A stretch of DNA of 64,000 bases from Piedraia hortae CBS 480.64 (taxonomy: Eukaryota): positions 424,270 to 488,269 of the forward strand of contig MU005959.1 in NCBI GenBank assembly GCA_010093745.1, in the 5' to 3' direction. Below, piece after piece: positions 57,630 to 64,000 of this stretch (within the stretch, counting starts at the first letter, position 1; each line of letters begins with the position of its first letter). Both the position numbers and the translations under genes were made by a program. A model generated the notes under the pieces. That model was not told the DNA's origin. It saw only the letters and a list, made by a program, of their open reading frames with translations, and ran no database searches.

Positions 57630-59162
57630 GATATGGCACCTTCGGTGCGGAGGGTTGAAATTTCTTCCTCGGACATGGACAGAAGGGTGGTCAATATTGA
57701 ATAGGTGTGCTCGCCAAGTGTGGGTGGTGGAGAGCGGACAGATGGCTGGGTGTGCGAGAACTTCACGGGAGGACTGACGAGTTTCATTGGCCCGCAGGCT
57801 GGATGGTCGACTTCGGTTACCATCTTCCTGGCTTGGGCTGGACGCTCCGTTAGTTGTTGCAGTGTGACATGGTAAGGAGACCTAACTGTGTTCATGATCG
57901 AGTGTGGTTTCCACATCATTGATGGCGGAATATGGCATACCGCTGCCTTCGAAAATATCCAACCATTCACTCGTCGTCCTCGTCTCGGTGACGCCCTCAA
58001 TCATATTCTCCAACTCATCTCGATTCTTCACCCGGTCCGCATTCGTGACAAATTTCGGATCTCGACTCCACTCTTCTTTGCCCAATCTTGAACACATGAT
58101 TCCAAACAATCTATCGTTTCCTCCACCAAGCATGATATCCCCGTCTTTAGTCTTGAACCCTCTATACGGCACAATAGACGGATGAGCCGTCCCCCAGCGT
58201 CCGGAATCCGGCTTTCCGCTGATGAGACACGAGCTTGCGATATTGCTCAACATGGAAATCTGACAGTCCGCAAGGGCTACATCAATATGTTGGCCTTGAC
58301 CCGTTCTCGCTCGACCAATCAAAGCTGCCATGATGGTGCTAGCCGTGTAAAGACCAGTAGTCAAGTCAGTGATCGCCACGCCGACTTTGGCAGGTGGTCC
58401 ATCTCGATGACCAGTTATGTGCATTAGACCCATTCCGCTGCTCGGGTTAACTTAGGTAGCAGAGAAGGACGGAGAGCTCACGCTTCAACCATAACGTCGT
58501 AACCTGCTCTATTGCTATACGGCCCCGTCTGGCCGTAGCCGGTGACACTTGCATATATCAACCCAGGGTTGATCTTGGAAACCGTCTCATAATCCAAGTC
58601 GTATTTCTTCAGTGTTCCTGGGAGGTAGTTTTCCACCAGAACGTCGCACTTTTCGACTAGTCTGTGGAGAATTTCCACGCCTGGGCGGTGCTGGAAGGAA
58701 AGACCGAGTGACTTTTTGTTGCGGTTTGCCTGGCCGGTGTTAGTACGTTTGGTGGGACGGTGTGACAACATACGGCCAAGAAATATGCACTCTCTCCGGG
58801 ACCCGTCTTCCCACTGCCTCTTTTATATTCGGCATATGGGGGACCCCAGGCACGCGTGTCATCTCCCCGAACGGGATGTTCGACTTTGATGACTTCTGCA
58901 CTAACGTTGTTAGATGTGGGGATCGTTTATGAATGTGATCGAACCCAAGATCGCCCAGCATTTGAGTGCAAAATGGCTGTGATTTATGAGCTTGGGTTGT
59001 GTATAATAGCTAGGAACATACGGCGGCTAGCACTCTGGACATATCCAGGACTCGGATCCCGGTCAGTGGAAGCTGTGCTTCCGTTTGGGTTGCTACATTG
59101 CGAGTTTGTTGGAAGACAATATGGCGGGGCAGGATACGCAAGATGGATGTGGCTTGAGACAT
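57626..59162 (-). CDS. CoA-transferase family III (CaiB/BaiF, succinate-hydroxymethylglutarate CoA-transferase-like), multi-exon, probably mitochondrial
   Basis: Spliced: MSQATSILRILPR...PLTGIRVLDMSRVLAA|PFCTQMLGDLG|AEVIKVEHP...GDDTRAWGPP, NRNKKS, DVLVENY, GYDVMVEA and PPTLGEHT. Confidence 0.92.
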
Positions 59163-59513
59163 ATTACGGATATCAGTTCTGTGTATTGACTGAGGTGCGT
59201 CCTCAGATGGTCGGCAATGCGCGACGGGCCGATGGAACGGTCCGTTTGCAGCAGGGTCGACTCTGTGATCTGTGGATGGCTGAGATATACCATGAGTTGT
59301 GGAACTAGACTAAGGTCCAGTGTTTATACTTGCTTAGTTACAACGCCGACGCAAGGACATTGATAGCAGGTTTAAGCATCCAAATGATTGATCCAAGGCA
59401 GGGTGGAAGAGGTGGGGTAGAGCGGAACACTTCCGCCATGGCAACGGCGTTGTTTACCCCAGACTCCATGCAGATCGCGAAGAATCGCATTGATTAACTG
59501 CGACACCACAGTC

Positions 59514-61478
59514 ATGGAATCGCCAAAAGACATGCACAGCTACGAAAACGACGATGCTGTTAATGTAGATGGGTCTTCCAGCTCACCCTACTCCAAAAGC
59601 GTCACAGTGCACAGCAGGAGCTCAAGCCAACTGATGGCCGCCGACATCAATACTCCTACCAAACAAGGCTTCTCTAAAGGCGCAATGTTAGAGGATAAAG
59701 AAAATTTTACGTCTGAACCCACGGCGACTCTAAACAAGCTGTTTGCAATGACTCCTCCGCCGGCTTCAAGCCCGCGGGGATCCGTAGCCGAACGCAGAGC
59801 CAGTGAGGATGTGAAGATGGCGCATTCCCCGTCGCCAAAGTATCAGACAACACCACGGAGGTCGCCTTTGAAGATTGTGCAAGATCAAGAATCAACGCCG
59901 CGCCCACAGACCAGTGGAGGCGTTCAGGACGCCAGTGCATTCCAAGCTGGACTGGATCTTCGAAATGCGCAAGTGACAGAAAACGATATCACCTACGTGG
60001 ATGACACCTGCATCAGCACCTTTTCGGTTATCCCGGACACGACTCTTTTCGCCAAACTTGGCCAAAGCCCTACCAGGCCCACGGATTTGCGTCCCAATCC
60101 GGGCGAACCCAGCATTGCTGGGACCCCGTATACCGCCCGCAAGCGCTCCTCGCTTTCCCGCTCACCGTCTCCAACAGCACGTCGGCAAAAGACCCCGTCT
60201 GCTGATGGAACGGCGAGCTTTTTGATCGACTTTACTCAGCCATTGGATGGTACTAAACGCACCACTTCACCCGGCAAAGCTGCTACGGAGCCCAATTTAC
60301 TGAGGCATCTCAATAACCAACGCTCCCCGAATAAATCGGCCAGACAGAGTTATGCATCCCCGACCAAGCAGAACAACATTCTCAGTCTTTTGGATATCGA
60401 GCTTCCGCCTCCACCGACACCGCGTTCGGTACCCACCATCACCGTACGTGAGATGGAATCCCTCAAGTCGTCTTACCTCAGCCAGATATCTTCACTGAGA
60501 GCTACTTTAAGTGGTCGCGAGGCAGAAGTTGAGAGCCTGAAGCGAGCAGTGGGGGATGCTGAGCGACGTGCGGGCGAAGCACAAGAGGCTCTGCGGGAAG
60601 AGAAATGCCGGCGAGAGCATGTTGAAGAGGAGAAAGCAGGCTGGGAGCGTCGAGGCCATGAGGTTGAGTCTGTTCTCAAAAGCGTCAAGGAAGAGGTTCT
60701 AAAGTCGGAAGCTGAGCGCGAAGATTTAATTCGAAAGCTTGACGATACGGAGCGTCGCCTTGACATCACCGAGGCTCGGGCTGTCAAGGCGGAAGAGCGG
60801 TTTGCAGAGGCTTTAGCTGCACGAGCCGCAGGAGATGCACCATCAGATGCCAACGCCGTGGAAGAGAGGGCCCAGAAGCTGTTTGAGGCTCAAATTGATG
60901 CCAAGATGGAGCAGGTCAGCCGTGAACTACACGCGGTGTACAAGGAGAAGCACGAGAGGAAAGTGGCTACTTTGAAGAAGTCCTACGAAGCACGTAGCGA
61001 AAAGAAGGCGGCAGAGCTTCAAAGTCGGATTGTTGAGCTTGAAGAGCATAACAAAGAGCTCTTGGCTGGCAAGTCAGCACCTGTTCCAACTCGGTCCGGT
61101 GCAGAGTCTTCCGCGTTGAAGGCGGAGCTGGAAGAACACAAAGCTCTACTCTCACGGCTTGAAAACGAAATTCAGACATCCCGGCAGCAACAGGAACAGC
61201 TCATGAGCGAATTACAGCAGGAGCGTATTGAGAAAGGCGATCTCGTTGCTGCTGTCGATGAGATGTTGGCGCTTCAAGCGGAAACCGGTAGTGCTCAGGG
61301 GGCTGTAGAAGTTGTGGAAGACTTCCGCAAGAGCATCAGCCGCCCCAGCGGTCTCAAAACTCCGGGGGGATATCAAGGTAGAATGCCACCTCCAGGGACT
61401 ACAAGCGGGGGCAATAAGAGTCGAATGCTGGCGAACATTGAGAGGATGGGACGTAAAAACGGTGGACAGGAGCAATGA
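59514..61478 (+). CDS. Coiled-coil protein with fungal TACC/Slk19-like (Alp7-like) domain
   Basis: SP/TP-rich N-half and long coiled coil containing VSRELHAVYKEKHERKVATLKKSYEAR. Confidence 0.78.
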   Translation: MESPKDMHSYENDDAVNVDGSSSSPYSKSVTVHSRSSSQLMAADINTPTKQGFSKGAMLEDKENFTSEPTATLNKLFAMTPPPASSPRGSVAERRASEDVKMAHSPSPKYQTTPRRSPLKIVQDQESTPRPQTSGGVQDASAFQAGLDLRNAQVTENDITYVDDTCISTFSVIPDTTLFAKLGQSPTRPTDLRPNPGEPSIAGTPYTARKRSSLSRSPSPTARRQKTPSADGTASFLIDFTQPLDGTKRTTSPGKAATEPNLLRHLNNQRSPNKSARQSYASPTKQNNILSLLDIELPPPPTPRSVPTITVREMESLKSSYLSQISSLRATLSGREAEVESLKRAVGDAERRAGEAQEALREEKCRREHVEEEKAGWERRGHEVESVLKSVKEEVLKSEAEREDLIRKLDDTERRLDITEARAVKAEERFAEALAARAAGDAPSDANAVEERAQKLFEAQIDAKMEQVSRELHAVYKEKHERKVATLKKSYEARSEKKAAELQSRIVELEEHNKELLAGKSAPVPTRSGAESSALKAELEEHKALLSRLENEIQTSRQQQEQLMSELQQERIEKGDLVAAVDEMLALQAETGSAQGAVEVVEDFRKSISRPSGLKTPGGYQGRMPPPGTTSGGNKSRMLANIERMGRKNGGQEQ

Positions 61479-61763
61479 TGGTTGGATTGGGATTGAAGTT
61501 GCAAGATGGTCTGTCCTTGTTAAACCTATTTCCACATACCTGTTTGTCACCACCGTTGTCTGTGCTCAACGCCACGCGTACGTGTTCGCCTGAGCCCCAC
61601 CATGACGTCTCCGGCACATGGAAGACTAATGACGTAACGCGGGGTGACAGAGGCAAGGGCCATCAAATTCTTCATAAAAGCTTCGTGTCCAGGCAACTTG
61701 GCATTCTCTCTTGACATCCACCTCTTCCACTCAACCTCTTCCACCAAAATAATAACCGAAATC

Positions 61764-62673
61764 ATGTCGAGCACCGTCCAAGTTAGCGGCATCAGCTCGC
61801 AGACGAGCGAGAAGGAGATCCGTGACTTCTTTAGCTTCTGGTACGTCTGACATGCCCGTTATGATGCACGTCTTAACATGATCCAGTGGCAAGATTCAGT
61901 CTCTGTCGGTCAAGCCCGAGTCTGGAGATGGCACCGGCACCCAGACGGCCACGGTGACGTTTGAGAAGGAGGCTGCGGCCAAGACGGCTCAGCTCTTGGA
62001 TAACACCCAGCTCGGCCCGTCGCAGGTCCACGTCACTTCTAGCGCGCCGACCGGCGAGCAGACAGGCGTCAGTGAGAAGGGTGCTGCTGACTCTGCCTCC
62101 CCGGACATGCCGGATATTCCCCAGGAAGAGAAGCCGCGCGCCCGCATCGTGGCTGAGTATCTCGCCCAGGGCTATGTCTTGAGCGACCAGGTGTTGCAGC
62201 GTGCCCTTCAGATGGATCAACAGCATGGAATCTCCCAGAAGTTCACGGCGGCTTTGAGGGACTTTGACAACAAGTATCACGCCACTTCTCGCGCCCAGGT
62301 TCTGGACAACAAGTACGGCATCACTGCTCGTGCCAACGAAGGCTGGCGTGGACTCACCTCGTACTTTGAAAAGGCGAGTAACACTCCTACGGGTCAGCGT
62401 CTGCGTGCATTCTACAACCAGGGGCAGAAGCAGGTTCTGGACGTGCACAATGAGGCTAAGCACTTGGCGTCGCTGAAGAAGTCGGGCGAAGGCCAGTCGT
62501 GCAACTGTGGCGGGGACTCCACCAAGTGCACATGCGTGGGTGGACAGTGCAAGTGCAATACGTGCGGCAAGAATACGACTTGTGACTGTGGAGGAGACGC
62601 CAGCAAGTGCAAGTGTCAAACCCAGGAAGGGAAGAAGTGCTTGTGCAAGGACTGCCCGAAGAGCACAGCATGA
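61764..62673 (+). CDS. VIP1: Vip1-like RRM protein with C-terminal Cys-rich tail (2 exons)
   Basis: TVQVSGISSQTSEKEIRDFFSF|CGKI (intron 61841-61886), VTFEKEAAAKTA and QEEKPRARIVAEYLAQGY motifs. The tail has 14 Cys. Confidence 0.88.
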
Positions 62674-62801
62674 ATGATGAAGTATGGCGTCTAGGCGAAC
62701 AGATTAGGTAGACTGTAAACATTCCACGTGAAGCCGAGGCTTAACGGTCTCCATTCCTCCACATATAGGCCACGGCTTTCGCTGACGCGTCGTGAGATGA
62801 G

Positions 62802-64000
62802 ATGGGCAGAGACAAAATTGATCCCATTACGCGCGCTGCCCTTCGCTATACCATTAGTCCGAGCGAGTATGAAGCGCTGCACAAATACATCATCTCGCGC
62901 GCTCCGTCGCGCGTGCAGAAATGCGCCCCGCAGCCGCCACGGTATGAGAAGATGACCAAAGGCAACAGCGAGGGCGGGGACTACACGGCCGCAGCGCTGA
63001 GGGCGGCGTTGAGGGTGTTTGGCACGACTTATCTCGGCCTTAAGGCGTGGGATAGTCTTATACAAGCCGTCAGCAAGCGACCACCCAAGAAGAGCCAAGG
63101 CAACGCGCGAACTTCACTTTCCTTTGCGGCTATTTTATTCTTCTACCGTCTGTTTGACAGGTTCTTCAGACGTCTTCGGCTGTCGCTATTAGACGAGAAA
63201 GCCATTCCTTTTCGGAAGCGAAATCCTTTAATCGCACGGTTACTTACATCGGTCTATACCCCAGCCGTTGGGGCCTCACTCTCGGGCTTCTTTCTTCTAT
63301 TGAGTCCAGCAAAACGTTTGCGAAGTACATTGGCCATCTACTCCCTCACGAGATCTCTTGAGTTCGTATACAACGCCCTCGAGAATGGGGAAATCATCTG
63401 GCCCAACGGCAGACCATGGTGGTTTGGCAGCTGGATGTTGATGCCCTTTGCAACTGCCCAACTCCTCCACTGTCTCGTCTTCAACCGGGATTGCTTCCCC
63501 TCAAGCTATGGCCGACTTCTCCACTCCAACGGACCCGAATACGTCTTCCGCAAAGGCCACTCGCTCTCGTCCTTTGACGTCGTCGACGCACTTGCGTCCA
63601 TGTCTACCCTGGGCTGGCCCAACTATATATCTCCCATTCTCTTTCCCAACAAACCCACCAATCTCCCCCCAACCCTGACCAAAATCCGCGCAATCACAGA
63701 TTCCGCCCACCCAGGAATCACCAACTCCTCCTGCGCCCTCCTCCACCCAAAGGACCCAAGCTGTTCTCGGGTTTACTTAACCACTATCCTCTCAACCTAC
63801 CCGGGCATCGTTAAAGTCTTCACAATAATCTACACGGCGCTCGCCCTCCTCTCTTATAGAAAATACAAAACCAAAGGCCTAAGCGAAACCCTCAACACCC
63901 TCGCGGCTAGGATCCTCAAAGCTGCCCTCCTCGCAACAGGAAGTACCGCAACATGCTGGGGCTCAGCCTGTCTCTTCGCAAACTACCTCCCTCGCAGAGC
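62802..64000 (+). CDS. TMEM135-like integral membrane protein, runs off the window end
   Basis: Open frame from ATG 62802: DPITRAALRYTISPSEY, FFYRLFDRFF, RSLEFVYN, WWFGSWMLMPFATAQLLHCLVF and HPGITNSSCALLHP. Confidence 0.75.
   Translation, partial: MGRDKIDPITRAALRYTISPSEYEALHKYIISRAPSRVQKCAPQPPRYEKMTKGNSEGGDYTAAALRAALRVFGTTYLGLKAWDSLIQAVSKRPPKKSQGNARTSLSFAAILFFYRLFDRFFRRLRLSLLDEKAIPFRKRNPLIARLLTSVYTPAVGASLSGFFLLLSPAKRLRSTLAIYSLTRSLEFVYNALENGEIIWPNGRPWWFGSWMLMPFATAQLLHCLVFNRDCFPSSYGRLLHSNGPEYVFRKGHSLSSFDVVDALASMSTLGWPNYISPILFPNKPTNLPPTLTKIRAITDSAHPGITNSSCALLHPKDPSCSRVYLTTILSTYPGIVKVFTIIYTALALLSYRKYKTKGLSETLNTLAARILKAALLATGSTATCWGSACLFANYLPRR

Overview
This is a very gene-dense stretch of a filamentous ascomycete (Pezizomycotina-type) chromosome. 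It has short GT-AG introns of about 45-60 nt and intergenic gaps often under 200 bp. Core-gene blocks encode RCC1, a Zrg17-like zinc transporter, a PIG-Y-domain protein, two lipase-fold proteins, a PARP-type zinc-finger protein, an Asteroid/XPG-like protein, a Gfo/Idh/MocA oxidoreductase and a ~6,170-aa Leashin (Woronin body tether). They also encode a head-to-head RNA15/CFT2 pair, ATL1, BUD13, a CoA-transferase III, a TACC/Slk19-like protein, Vip1 and a TMEM135-like protein. Two decayed islands (~0.65-4.4 kb and ~18.0-23.8 kb) each carry one copy of the same ~305-bp hairpin-rich solo LTR plus related F-box relics, and the second also holds a fossil CMC/EnSpm(Plavaka)-like transposase. A tandem pair of diverged unknown paralogs sits beside a dead SRPK-like kinase. 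The leads most worth checking are: an RRM protein (Vip1) fused to two tandem 7-Cys copper-thionein-like modules; divergent pairing of two mRNA 3'-end processing genes around a GU/CA microsatellite; recurring C-rich to G-rich strand-skew units; and the structured solo LTR. All family calls come from motif recognition by eye; no database searches were run.
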